A stretch of DNA of 64,000 nucleotides from Gammaproteobacteria bacterium (GTDB lineage: Bacteria > Pseudomonadota > Gammaproteobacteria > Eutrophobiales > Eutrophobiaceae): contig OZ244905.1 in assembly GCA_965221695.1 (NCBI GenBank), forward strand, positions 1,984,001 through 2,048,000. The letters are read 5' to 3'. The stretch's first letter is position 1, and each line of letters opens with the position of its first letter. Both the position numbers and the translations under genes were made by a program. Below the pieces are notes generated by a model. That model worked only from the letters and a program-made list of their open reading frames with translations. It was not told where the DNA came from and did not search any database. This document shows, one piece after another, positions 50,561 through 60,044 of this stretch.

Positions 50561-50595
50561 ATAAATTTCCCCTGGTGGCAGTTAACCAGATAATT

Positions 50596-50670
50596 TGGCT
50601 GGGGCGCCAGGATTCGAACCTGGGAATGCAGGGATCAAAACCCTGTGCCTTACCACTTGGCTACGCCCCA
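50596..50670 (-). tRNA. tRNA-Gln (anticodon TTG)
   Basis: TGGGGCGTAGCCAAGTGGTAAGGCACAGGGTT-TTG-ATCCCTG..GGTTCGAATCC..CCA; usual position upstream of prs. Confidence 0.96.
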
Positions 50671-50817
50671 TTACACCTGCAAATTCCGATAGACCTCTGC
50701 TGAACACAGTGTCAAAGAAGCTTTGGTTTACAAAGGCGCCTTCAATGAGATTTCGACCGAGAACTGCGGCGAGTTGCAATAGTATAGCATAACTACTGAT
50801 AAGACTGGTCCGCCGAA

Positions 50818-51762
50818 TCAGTCGAACGGCCACACTTCCAGGCCGTGGATCGCATTCCTGATGTCCATGGACAGATTGACGCTGATTACCGTCTTGTTCG
50901 CGTCAAGATCGTACACGGTGATTGTGGAAGGAGAGGAACCGCCAGCGATGAACCTGTCTGAGATGGGACACAGGCCGCGTCCGAAGCCCTGGCGGGCAAT
51001 TCTCGAATCGTCAACGCCGGCAAAACGGATTTCTTCATCCGGGTAACGCTTTATTCTGAATATCCGATCCCCTCCATTCCGGCCCACGTAACGCACACAA
51101 TCGGCCTGAGTATCATTGAACAGCACACCGTCCCTATACGGTCGGGCATTATGGCTGCCCGCCGGCAGGTTACAGATTTCTGACACTTTGAATTCCTTGC
51201 CGAGGCGCAGTAATGCGCCGGTGCGCAAGCCGCTGAAATAGATGCCGGTATCATGCAGGGAAACCATGTTCAGGTGCAACTTGTTCACGAGGTTTGGACC
51301 GTCCGTGGATCCGGGGTTGAACTGATGTATCTGCCACTTGGAATGCGTTTTTTCGACATGCAGACCCCAGGTAAATTCCTCCTGTGTCAGGCTGAACACC
51401 AGGATGCTGTCATAGCCCGTCGAGGTCAGGAACAGCAGGTTGTCTCTTTTGCAAATCTCGTGGCAGTGTTTGAGATACGGATTCTTGTATGCGCGCTGTA
51501 TCTGAAAGTAACGGTTATAAACAAACAGTTCATCGCTGGCGGCGATGTAAATTTCGTCATTATGGAACTCAATGCCGCGCAGTCCGCGGTCCCAGCCTCG
51601 GCCGGTAAAATCGATATCCGAGTTATTCCAGTCCACGTGTTGGAAGGCCTCCCGCTGCTCGAAATCGACGCTGTAGATCCCTCCATGACTGTCGCCTTGC
51701 CGGCTGCCCCGCACCACCGAAGTGGCGATTAACCTGGGTAGACGCGGCGTGTGATCAGACAT
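50818..51762 (-). CDS. Hypothetical protein, probable beta-propeller
   Basis: 314 aa, short beta-strand repeats (RGLRGI, HCHEI, LHLN, HNA, GFGRGL, IHGL); fold is inferred. Confidence 0.75.
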   Translation of the reverse strand: MSDHTPRLPRLIATSVVRGSRQGDSHGGIYSVDFEQREAFQHVDWNNSDIDFTGRGWDRGLRGIEFHNDEIYIAASDELFVYNRYFQIQRAYKNPYLKHCHEICKRDNLLFLTSTGYDSILVFSLTQEEFTWGLHVEKTHSKWQIHQFNPGSTDGPNLVNKLHLNMVSLHDTGIYFSGLRTGALLRLGKEFKVSEICNLPAGSHNARPYRDGVLFNDTQADCVRYVGRNGGDRIFRIKRYPDEEIRFAGVDDSRIARQGFGRGLCPISDRFIAGGSSPSTITVYDLDANKTVISVNLSMDIRNAIHGLEVWPFD

Positions 51763-51863
51763 ACGGGTTGTTCAGTAGCGGCGGTCGATATCCACGACAT
51801 TCAACAGACGATCGCCATAGTCGACAAAATCCGAGCTTTCCCGGCTGGGCCTGCGCGTGGCAA

Positions 51864-52439
51864 TTACTGATGTTCATGCTCCCGCGTTTTTGTTGTTGCT
51901 GGCGGCGCGTAATCGAAGATAAACGTAATTCGATCCTCTGCGCCCTTGTTCATCACGCTGTGAACTTTCTGGTTGTTGATCTCATAGGCCTGCCCTGGTT
52001 CCATCCGGTACGGACGGCCATCGATCATGAAACGCACCCTGGAATTGGTGGTGATCGGAACATGGATACGGTGGCTGAAGTGAAATGACGGGTGCGCATC
52101 CCGGTGCGGCTTTATCTTCCCGCCGGCAAGGAGTTTCGCCGCCATGGCGCGAATGATGGCGCCGCCGGGAGGATAGCAACTGCCGATGATCCCGCGCATC
52201 AACGGCAGGGCCTCATCGGCCAGCCGCTCCCAGCCGGGTTGTTTGCTCACTTCGATGTTTGGCCAGCCGGAACCGTCTGTGAAAACCAGCACAATGGATT
52301 CCGTATATCGGTGAACGTCGTATGCATTCTGGCGCAGTTCCTGCTCATACCAGGCAGCCTGTTCCTGGGCAAGAATACGTTCGCGCAAGGTCTCCATATT
52401 TACCGGGCCAAGCGCTTTGATCGGTTCCGCAATGTCCAT
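51864..52439 (-). CDS. Aspartyl/asparaginyl beta-hydroxylase-like 2OG-Fe(II) oxygenase
   Basis: IKPHRD (HxD), HRIHVPI, EINN..HSV.N, DRITFIFD. Confidence 0.85.
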   Translation of the reverse strand: MDIAEPIKALGPVNMETLRERILAQEQAAWYEQELRQNAYDVHRYTESIVLVFTDGSGWPNIEVSKQPGWERLADEALPLMRGIIGSCYPPGGAIIRAMAAKLLAGGKIKPHRDAHPSFHFSHRIHVPITTNSRVRFMIDGRPYRMEPGQAYEINNQKVHSVMNKGAEDRITFIFDYAPPATTKTREHEHQ

Positions 52440-53333
52440 TCAGACAAGCCTATCAGCCCGACCTTCAGGGGTCAAAACTCGTTTTGACCCACACGCCAGG
52501 GCCAATCTTTCTATCAGCGGGGACCGATTGCATCCCTTGGCGACAAACCCTCGCCATTTTGCCGGCAGCAGGCGCAGGAGTTCCAAGGCCTGGTCTCTTC
52601 CGGACAGCGCCGCGAACACGCTGGCCCCTGTGCCGGACAAGCGGGCCTTTGCCCGGACATTGAGCCAGTCCAACGCCTCCGCCACTTCAGGATAGAGCCG
52701 GCGCGCTACCGGTTCGCAGTCATTACGACATCTTCCCTGCAGAAAATCGTCCGGCGCGACCCGAGGTGTCGCGCGCGCCAATCCCGGATCATTGAATATT
52801 TGCGCAGTTGCGACCGAAACATTGGGATAGATCAGCAAATACCAGTCTTCCGACAGGTCCATAGCAACCAGCTTTTCGCCTACGCCCTCTCCCCAAGCGG
52901 CGAACCCGCGCACGAATACCGGGATGTCAGCGCCCAGGCTCAAACCTGCCTTAGCGAGCTGGTCTGTGGTCAAACCCAACTCCCAAAGGTAATTCAGGGC
53001 CACCAGTGTGGTCGCCGCGTCGGAACTTCCGCCGCCTAATCCCCCGCCAATCGGAATCTTTTTGCGGACGCGTATTTCCGCTCCTTTGCCACTGTCGCTG
53101 ATTTCCTGAAGCAGTCTGGCCGCTCTTACTACCAAATCATCCTGTTGCCGCCACTGGCGGTAATTACGCCGGCAACTAATGCGTCCGTCCGTTGTCGGGG
53201 CGATCAACAACTCGTCAGCCAAATCAAGGAACTGGAACACCGTCTGTAACAGGTGGTAGCCGTCGTCCCGGCGACCGGTAACGTGCAGAAAATGATTTAT
53301 TTTTGCCGGCGCAGGCCAGTGTTGCAGGGACAT
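52440..53333 (-). CDS. ispE: 4-diphosphocytidyl-2-C-methyl-D-erythritol kinase
   Basis: PAPAKIN, GGGLGGGSSDAA, LGADIP, SGTG; ATG overlaps lolB stop. Confidence 0.96.
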   Translation of the reverse strand: MSLQHWPAPAKINHFLHVTGRRDDGYHLLQTVFQFLDLADELLIAPTTDGRISCRRNYRQWRQQDDLVVRAARLLQEISDSGKGAEIRVRKKIPIGGGLGGGSSDAATTLVALNYLWELGLTTDQLAKAGLSLGADIPVFVRGFAAWGEGVGEKLVAMDLSEDWYLLIYPNVSVATAQIFNDPGLARATPRVAPDDFLQGRCRNDCEPVARRLYPEVAEALDWLNVRAKARLSGTGASVFAALSGRDQALELLRLLPAKWRGFVAKGCNRSPLIERLALACGSKRVLTPEGRADRLV

Positions 53334-53950
53334 CAGTTCAGATTCCACTGTCTGACGGACAAGCGCACGCGTAACTGCCCGTTTTCCAGATCCAGTCTCG
53401 CCGGCAAACTTATGCCATCAATTCCAGTGTATGTTTTATAACGTATGGACCAGCCACCCTGGCTCAATTCTCGCAGTCTGTTTTCCCCGTCAAGCAGCAG
53501 CCGGTCTACTTGCAGGGAAGGCGCAGGCAGACCTCTAATCCAGAACACCAGTTCGGACACCGGGAGACGCCATCCGGCCGCCTGGTAGAGCAAGGACTCC
53601 GCGTCCTTGGCCTGCAACACGTTCTTGCCGGCGGCGCGCAATGAGACCGAACCCTCTACGCCGGTCAGCTCATATACCCTGCCGGAGAAAGGGGCGATTA
53701 CCCGAAGGTCAAACTCATCCTTGCGTTGCGTCCAATATAGAGAGCCTGATCCGGATTCGTTGCGGGCGCGCAGACCTATCCTTCCTTGTAGGCGCCAGGC
53801 GTCCAGCCGCGCCAATTCATGCTTTCGAGAGTCCCATGAAGGGATGATCCTGTTTTCTACCGGCGTCTGTACACAAGCACACAGAAAAATTGTCAGCAAC
53901 AGACATGCAGGGATGATCGGCGCTGACAAGCGTTGCGGACTAGCCCGCAT
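53333..53950 (-). CDS. lolB: Outer membrane lipoprotein LolB
   Basis: Lipobox LCAC, GWRLPV..WIRGLP, QGGWSIRY; TPR-lolB-ispE synteny; start uncertain. Confidence 0.9.
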   Translation of the reverse strand: MRASPQRLSAPIIPACLLLTIFLCACVQTPVENRIIPSWDSRKHELARLDAWRLQGRIGLRARNESGSGSLYWTQRKDEFDLRVIAPFSGRVYELTGVEGSVSLRAAGKNVLQAKDAESLLYQAAGWRLPVSELVFWIRGLPAPSLQVDRLLLDGENRLRELSQGGWSIRYKTYTGIDGISLPARLDLENGQLRVRLSVRQWNLN

Positions 53951-54182
53951 TTCTTACCAGGTGATGCGATGATCGCGCCGGATTTTTTGCGCTGACGGGC
54001 GCTTGCAACCGAAAGCATAGCCGTAGCTCTGGTTGATGGAGTATGTGCCCGTCAGCGCAAAAAAGACAAGTGAGGGCGCATCAAGCGTAGCATGCAATGT
54101 TGAAATAGTAGCCATATTAATATAACTCATTGACGGCATATATGTTTCGGGTAGCAACAAGCGACCTGGTGAGAAATGCGGG
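53944..54182 (+). mobile_element. Family B MITE, copy 3 (diverged subfamily, 239 bp)
   Basis: TIR CCCGCATTTCT(T/C)ACCAGGT, flanks CTAG/CTAA, colinear with copy 1. Confidence 0.88.
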
Positions 54183-55961
54183 CTAAGGGATGAAACGTTC
54201 AATCACATCCAACAGTCGTGAGTCTTCGGGCGTCTGCTGCAAGGCTGTTTCCCAGATTTTTTTTGCCTGTTCCCTTTCACCTCTGACCCAAAGCGCCTCG
54301 CCGAGGTGGGCGGCGATTTCCGGGTCCTGTCTGATATCCAAGGCTTTCCTGAGGTACTCTATAGCCTCATCCAGGCGTCCTAACCGGTACAAGACCCAAC
54401 CCATGCTGTCCAGGATATAAAAATCTGTAGGCCGCAGTTCCAGAGCTCGTTTAATCAACTCATAGGCTTCCTCATACCTGTCGGTAGCATCCGCGAGGGT
54501 ATATCCCAACGCGTTAAGGGCCTGGGCATGATCTGGTTCACGCTCCAGTATGGACCTGAGATCTGTTTCCAGCAAGTCCAGCCTGCCGATTTTTTCCGCC
54601 GCCATGGCCCGCGCGTACAGCAGGTCGGTGTTGTATCCTTTATCAAGTGCTTTCGAGTAAACTGCAATAGCCTCCTCATAACGCTGTGCCTGGATCAGCA
54701 GGTCGCCTTCCGCCTGAACCAGGACTTGCTCTTGATGTCCGCTATTCGGTCGAACAGATCGAAGATGGTCCAGCGCCTCGTCTAGCTGCCCCTCCCTTGC
54801 CAGCAGCACGGCGAGCCGCACCTGGGCATCAAAATAGTGCTCGCCTTGGTACACGCCCTGGTACCAGGCCACGGCTTCGTCGTAGCGTTGCTTTTCTTCT
54901 GCGATGCGTCCCAGATAATAATTGGCGGCATCCGTCAGACGTTCCTGCGCCGATATTTTTTTGAACAGCGTTTCGGCTTGTTCCAGGCGATTGTCCTCCA
55001 GATATAACAATCCCAAGGCATACAAGACATCAATATTTTCTGGCGCCCGGACGACCAGCAACTCGAACTGCTCCAACGCCTGGTCAAATTGCCTGGCATC
55101 CATCAACAGTCTTGCATAAGCCATGCGTAGGCTGAAGTCATTTTCCTGACGCTGGGCCAGCTTCTGTTCCAGCCATGACAAGGCCTGCTGTTTATGGTTC
55201 AGGCGCTGCAGGATCGCGATATAGCTAAGCGCCGCGTTATCATTATCGGGCGCCAGGGCAAGCGTGTCCTCAAGCAATTCACGCGCGCGCTCGAGATCTT
55301 CCAACCTGGCTGCGACATGCGCAAAAGCATACAGCGCGCCGGGGGTATTTTCCTGCGAAGCAACCAGTCTCTCCATCACTTCCAGCGCCGCCTCCTTGTC
55401 TTTTTCGCTTCCCAATAAATTGGCGATCATCCATAGCTTCTGGTCTGCTTCCCCTTCCGAATAAGCAAAAATATCCTGCAAATGTTCAGCCGCCTGCGTC
55501 AGGTCGCCAGCGCGCAAGGTCAAGATGGCTAACGCCTGGTGAGGGTCGGGATTGCGTGGATCCAGTTCCATCCAGAGGCGGGCCGCGGCCAGCGCCGCGT
55601 CATCATCGCGGGCGTAAACCGCGATGCGTGCGGCCCGCTCGGCTATCCTGTGGTCTCTGGTGCGATGAGCCAGATCCAGATAATACTCAATCGAGGTGTC
55701 AAGCATACCCCTGTGCCCGGCTATTTCGGCGACCAGCAGTTTGTAGAGCAGGTCTTCCGAAAGAGCTATTCTGGGGCGTACCGGTTCGACATCGGTAATC
55801 TGCGCCTGCATTTCCGTATCTGCGCGCGCTGACTCGGAATCCAAAGGCGTCACCGTGTTCAGGTTTGTCTGGGCACAGGACGCCGTCATGAGCGCGATCA
55901 GGCACGACACGGCGACGCTTGTGTGGCGTTGGAGTATTCTTATAGCTGACATATAGCGCAT
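54183..55961 (-). CDS. Large TPR lipoprotein (LbcA-like)
   Basis: Lipobox-like TASC, LLVAEIAG, LNALGYTLAD, DSMGWVLY, EIAAHLGE; divergent from hemA. Confidence 0.88.
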   Translation of the reverse strand: MRYMSAIRILQRHTSVAVSCLIALMTASCAQTNLNTVTPLDSESARADTEMQAQITDVEPVRPRIALSEDLLYKLLVAEIAGHRGMLDTSIEYYLDLAHRTRDHRIAERAARIAVYARDDDAALAAARLWMELDPRNPDPHQALAILTLRAGDLTQAAEHLQDIFAYSEGEADQKLWMIANLLGSEKDKEAALEVMERLVASQENTPGALYAFAHVAARLEDLERARELLEDTLALAPDNDNAALSYIAILQRLNHKQQALSWLEQKLAQRQENDFSLRMAYARLLMDARQFDQALEQFELLVVRAPENIDVLYALGLLYLEDNRLEQAETLFKKISAQERLTDAANYYLGRIAEEKQRYDEAVAWYQGVYQGEHYFDAQVRLAVLLAREGQLDEALDHLRSVRPNSGHQEQVLVQAEGDLLIQAQRYEEAIAVYSKALDKGYNTDLLYARAMAAEKIGRLDLLETDLRSILEREPDHAQALNALGYTLADATDRYEEAYELIKRALELRPTDFYILDSMGWVLYRLGRLDEAIEYLRKALDIRQDPEIAAHLGEALWVRGEREQAKKIWETALQQTPEDSRLLDVIERFIP

Positions 55962-56026
55962 CCCGCGATTGTATCCTTAACCCGAGGTAAATCAAAACCG
56001 GACAACGTGATAGAATATATCCAATT

Positions 56027-57310
56027 ATGGCGCTTTTGGCTTTTGGTCTCAACCATACGACTGCTCCCCTGGAGGTACGCGAAAAAGTGACCTTCGGCGA
56101 AGATGTGCTGGAGGGAGCGCTGACCGAGTTAACCAGGCAAACGGGCATTGACGAGGCGGCTATCCTGTCCACCTGCAACCGCACCGAAATCTATTGCAAC
56201 CTGAATGCGGTCGATCAGTCCGAACCTATTGACTGGTTTTCCGGCTTTCATGGTTGCCGGGGAAATGAATTGCGCGGCTATCTTTACACTCACCCGGACG
56301 CCGGCGCAGTCAAACATGTGCTGCGCGTTGCCAGCGGTCTGGACTCGATGGTGATTGGCGAACCCCAGGTGCTGGGGCAACTGAAACAAGCTTACCAGGC
56401 CGCCAGAGAAGCTGGCAGTATTGGGAAATTGCTGAACCGGCTGTTTCAGCATTCGTTCAAAGTCGCCAAAGATGTGCGCAGCAATACCATGATCGGAGAT
56501 CATCCTGTGTCCGTCGCGTACGCGGCTGTGCGGCTTGCCAAACAGATATTTGGCGATCTGTCCAGGCAGACTGTGTTGCTCATCGGCGCGGGTGAAACCG
56601 TTGAGCTGGCGGCAAAACACCTTAATGACAGTGGCCTGCAGAAGATGATTGTCGCCAACCGCACACTGGACAGAGCGCAGAAACTGGCGCGCGAATACTC
56701 CGCTTACGCGATCACATTGGAGGAAATACCTATGCGCCTGGATGAGGCTGACATTGTCATCTCATCTACCGCCAGCTCCGTCCCGTTGCTGCACAAGAGC
56801 GCCATGGAGACGGCGCTGTTGCGGCGTAGACACAAACCGGTCTTTGTTCTTGATATAGCCGTGCCGAGAGATGTAGAGCCCGAGGTGGGCGAACTGGAAG
56901 ATATCTATTTGTACACCGTTGACGACCTGAAGAGTATTATCGATGACAATATCAAAACCCGGCGCGAGGCGGCTGGGCAGGCGGAACAGATTATCGACGC
57001 CGAGGTGACCCGTTTCATGGACTGGGTGGATTCACAGGATATCATAGCAACCATCCGGGCGCTGCGCAGGCAGGCAGAGCAGGCACGCGCGCAAACACTG
57101 GAAGCGGCGCTGCTGAAATTGCAGCGCGGCGCGGCGCCCAAAGACCTGCTGCGCGAAGTGACGCGGTCGCTGACCAACAAATTGATCCACCCTCCCAGCG
57201 CCAGGCTGAACAGGCTTGATGCCGGTGACAAAGAGGCTATGCTTCGGGCAGTCCGGAGTTTGTACGACCTGACTCCGGATGATGATCTGCATTCCGAGGA
57301 AGATACATAA
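56027..57310 (+). CDS. hemA: Glutamyl-tRNA reductase
   Basis: [30 protein letters not shown]. Confidence 0.97.
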   Translation: MALLAFGLNHTTAPLEVREKVTFGEDVLEGALTELTRQTGIDEAAILSTCNRTEIYCNLNAVDQSEPIDWFSGFHGCRGNELRGYLYTHPDAGAVKHVLRVASGLDSMVIGEPQVLGQLKQAYQAAREAGSIGKLLNRLFQHSFKVAKDVRSNTMIGDHPVSVAYAAVRLAKQIFGDLSRQTVLLIGAGETVELAAKHLNDSGLQKMIVANRTLDRAQKLAREYSAYAITLEEIPMRLDEADIVISSTASSVPLLHKSAMETALLRRRHKPVFVLDIAVPRDVEPEVGELEDIYLYTVDDLKSIIDDNIKTRREAAGQAEQIIDAEVTRFMDWVDSQDIIATIRALRRQAEQARAQTLEAALLKLQRGAAPKDLLREVTRSLTNKLIHPPSARLNRLDAGDKEAMLRAVRSLYDLTPDDDLHSEEDT

Positions 57311-57333
57311 TCGCTCCGGCGCGGATTTATCCC

Positions 57334-58419
57334 ATGAAAGAAAGTCTACAAGCGAAACTGGAAAAGCTGAGCGTCCGCCGGGAAGAGATCTACGCGCAGT
57401 TGGCTGTGCCCGACGTCATCAACGATCAGAATCGCTACCGGGAACTTAATAAGGAAGCGGCGGAAATCGGCCCCATAGTAAATTGCTTTAACAACTACCT
57501 CTCAAGCCAGACCGCTTTGGACAACGCCAAAACCATGTTGAAAGATGACGATCAGGAGATACGAGAACTTGCCGCCGAAGAAATAGAGGCTTACCGGCAG
57601 CAGCTCGAGGCGTTGGAAGCGGAACTACAAAAACTCCTTTTGCCAAAAGACCCGTCGGACAAAAGCAATATCTTCCTGGAAATCCGCGCAGGCACGGGCG
57701 GCGAGGAAGCGGCATTGTTCTCAGCAGATCTCATGCGCATGTATTCCCGATATACAGAGCAGCGCAACTGGCAGCTTGAACTATTGAGCGCCACGGAAAG
57801 CGACCTTGACGGATACAAAGCGATTACCATGCGCATCATTGGCAACGAGGCTTATTCCCGGTTGAAATTCGAATCCGGCGCGCACCGAGTACAACGGGTG
57901 CCGGAAACGGAGTCTCAAGGGCGCATACATACGTCGGCCTGCACTGTTGCGGTGTTACCCGAGGCCGACGAGATCAATGAAATCGAGCTCAATTCGGCCG
58001 ACCTGCGGACGGATACCTTTCGCGCGTCCGGCGCCGGCGGCCAGCACGTTAACAAAACGGATTCAGCCATTCGCATAACCCACCTGCCCAGCGGTATAGT
58101 CGTGGAATGCCAGGACGAGCGCTCCCAGCATAAAAATCGCGCTCGGGCCATGTCCTTGTTGCGGGCGAAACTGCTTGCCGCCGAAAAAACGAAACAGGCA
58201 ATGGAAATTGCCGAAAATCGGCGCAATCTAATCGGTTCAGGGGATCGGTCGGAACGCATCAGGACTTATAATTTCCCGCAGGGCAGGGTGACCGACCACA
58301 GGATCGGTCTTACCCTGTACCGCCTCGAAGAAATCTTACAGGGCGAGCTGGATATGATTATTGACCCGTTGATCAACGAACACCAGGCTGATCAACTGGC
58401 CGCCCTGGGTGAAGAATGA
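57334..58419 (+). CDS. prfA: Peptide chain release factor 1
   Basis: PET recognition motif, [14 protein letters not shown]. Confidence 0.97.
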   Translation: MKESLQAKLEKLSVRREEIYAQLAVPDVINDQNRYRELNKEAAEIGPIVNCFNNYLSSQTALDNAKTMLKDDDQEIRELAAEEIEAYRQQLEALEAELQKLLLPKDPSDKSNIFLEIRAGTGGEEAALFSADLMRMYSRYTEQRNWQLELLSATESDLDGYKAITMRIIGNEAYSRLKFESGAHRVQRVPETESQGRIHTSACTVAVLPEADEINEIELNSADLRTDTFRASGAGGQHVNKTDSAIRITHLPSGIVVECQDERSQHKNRARAMSLLRAKLLAAEKTKQAMEIAENRRNLIGSGDRSERIRTYNFPQGRVTDHRIGLTLYRLEEILQGELDMIIDPLINEHQADQLAALGEE

Positions 58420-58432
58420 GCGCGTATTAACG

Positions 58433-59269
58433 ATGCGGAACGTCAGACAATTGCTGCAGTTTGCAAGCGGCCGGCTTGGCATTTCTGATAGCCCGCGCCT
58501 GGATGCTGAAGTGTTGCTTGCCAACGTGCTCGGAATTGAGCGGAGCCGACTGTATGCCTGCCCGGAGATGGTTGCGCCGCAAGCTTCCGTCGCAGACTTC
58601 CTGCGCCTGCTGGAGAGCCGGCGCGCCGGATACCCGGTGGCTTATCTGACCGGGCACAAGGAATTCCGGTCCAGAACATTCCAGGTAAACCGCCATACCC
58701 TGATACCCAGACCGGAAACGGAATTGCTCGTGGAAGCCGCCCTGGAGCGACTTCCGGTTCAAGGCCAGGCTGAGGTTCTTGATCTGGGAACCGGGAGCGG
58801 CTCGATCGCCATCGCCATTGCAGCCGAGCATCCTGATTGCGCGGTCACGGCCATAGACCTCAGCGCCGATGCGCTGGCTGTTGCCCGGAAGAATGCCGCA
58901 GCAAACAATGCCGGCAATGTATCCTTTGAGCGATCGGACTGGTTCGCGAATCTCGGCAATCGGCGTTTCGACGCCATTTTATGCAATCCCCCTTATGTGC
59001 ATTTTCCCCGCACGGGGCTGCCACCCGAGGCGCTTCGGTATGAGCCTCGCCTGGCGCTGGACGGCGGACATAACGGTACGGCTTGCCTCAGGATCGTCAT
59101 TGCAAGCGCTTTCAGGCATATCAAACCGGGTGGCTTTATGATCGTCGAACATGCCCACGACCAGGCTGACTTCGTCAGAGAACAATTCAGGGTCAACTAT
59201 TACCGTGATATCAGCAGCGAGCGCGACTATGCCGGCCTTGAGCGCTATACCTGCGCTTTGCGCGGCTGA
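58433..59269 (+). CDS. prmC: Release factor glutamine methyltransferase
   Basis: LIPRPETE, DLGTGSG, NPPY; start ATG 58433 or GTG 58409. Confidence 0.95.
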   Translation: MRNVRQLLQFASGRLGISDSPRLDAEVLLANVLGIERSRLYACPEMVAPQASVADFLRLLESRRAGYPVAYLTGHKEFRSRTFQVNRHTLIPRPETELLVEAALERLPVQGQAEVLDLGTGSGSIAIAIAAEHPDCAVTAIDLSADALAVARKNAAANNAGNVSFERSDWFANLGNRRFDAILCNPPYVHFPRTGLPPEALRYEPRLALDGGHNGTACLRIVIASAFRHIKPGGFMIVEHAHDQADFVREQFRVNYYRDISSERDYAGLERYTCALRG

Positions 59270-59273
59270 CCCC

Positions 59274-60032
59274 ATGAACGACGAACAACTGTTGAGGTAC
59301 AGCCGGCAAATTATGCTGCCTGAGATAGACGCACAAGGGCAACTACGGCTGGCACAATCTACGGTCCTAATGATAGGCGTCGGAGGGCTGGGCTCCGCCT
59401 GCTCCATTTACCTGGCGGCAGGCGGTATCGGACACATCATCCTTGCCGATTTTGACCATGTGGACCTTTCCAACCTGCAACGCCAGATACTCTATAATAC
59501 TGCCGATATCGGGCGGCCCAAGGTAGAAGCTGCCGCCGAACGTTTGCGCGCACTTAATCCGGACGTAAAACTGACTCTGATTGAACGCGCGTTGGCGGAG
59601 GACGAATTATTGAACTACGCTCGGCAGGCGGATGTCATTATCGACGGCAGCGATAATTTCACGACGCGCTTTGCCGTGAACAAGACTTCCGTTTTGACCG
59701 GAACGCCGCTGGTTTCCGCTGCCGCTATCCGTTTTGAAGCGCAGGTCAGCGTATTCAACCCGAATAGCGGAACTTCTCCCTGTTATCGCTGTCTTTACAA
59801 AGACGATGCGGAAGTGGAAGCAACCTGTACTGCCAACGGCGTGCTGGCGCCCTTGCTGGGCATCGCCGGGAGCATCCAGGCAACGGAAACCATGAAACTG
59901 CTCATGGGTCTGGGGGACACGTTACAGGGACGTCTGCTGCTAATTGACGTTATGGCAATGGAATGGCACATAGCTACACTGCCAAAAGACCCTGATTGTC
60001 CAGTGTGTGGTAAAATGCGCGCAGATGTGTGA
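59274..60032 (+). CDS. moeB: MoeB/ThiF family adenylyltransferase
   Basis: RYSRQ, GVGGLG, SNLQRQ, CYRC and CPVC. Confidence 0.85.
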   Translation: MNDEQLLRYSRQIMLPEIDAQGQLRLAQSTVLMIGVGGLGSACSIYLAAGGIGHIILADFDHVDLSNLQRQILYNTADIGRPKVEAAAERLRALNPDVKLTLIERALAEDELLNYARQADVIIDGSDNFTTRFAVNKTSVLTGTPLVSAAAIRFEAQVSVFNPNSGTSPCYRCLYKDDAEVEATCTANGVLAPLLGIAGSIQATETMKLLMGLGDTLQGRLLLIDVMAMEWHIATLPKDPDCPVCGKMRADV

Positions 60033-60044
60033 ACCAATATAAAT

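Noticed and set aside
50582-50833. ORFs overlapping the tRNA genes (also 5138-5341)
   Set aside because: Spurious translations across tRNA sequence
53914-53932. ATCGGCGCTGACAAGCG in the lolB signal region resembling the MITE subterminal sequence
   Set aside because: Only an 11-nt exact match; chance cannot be excluded
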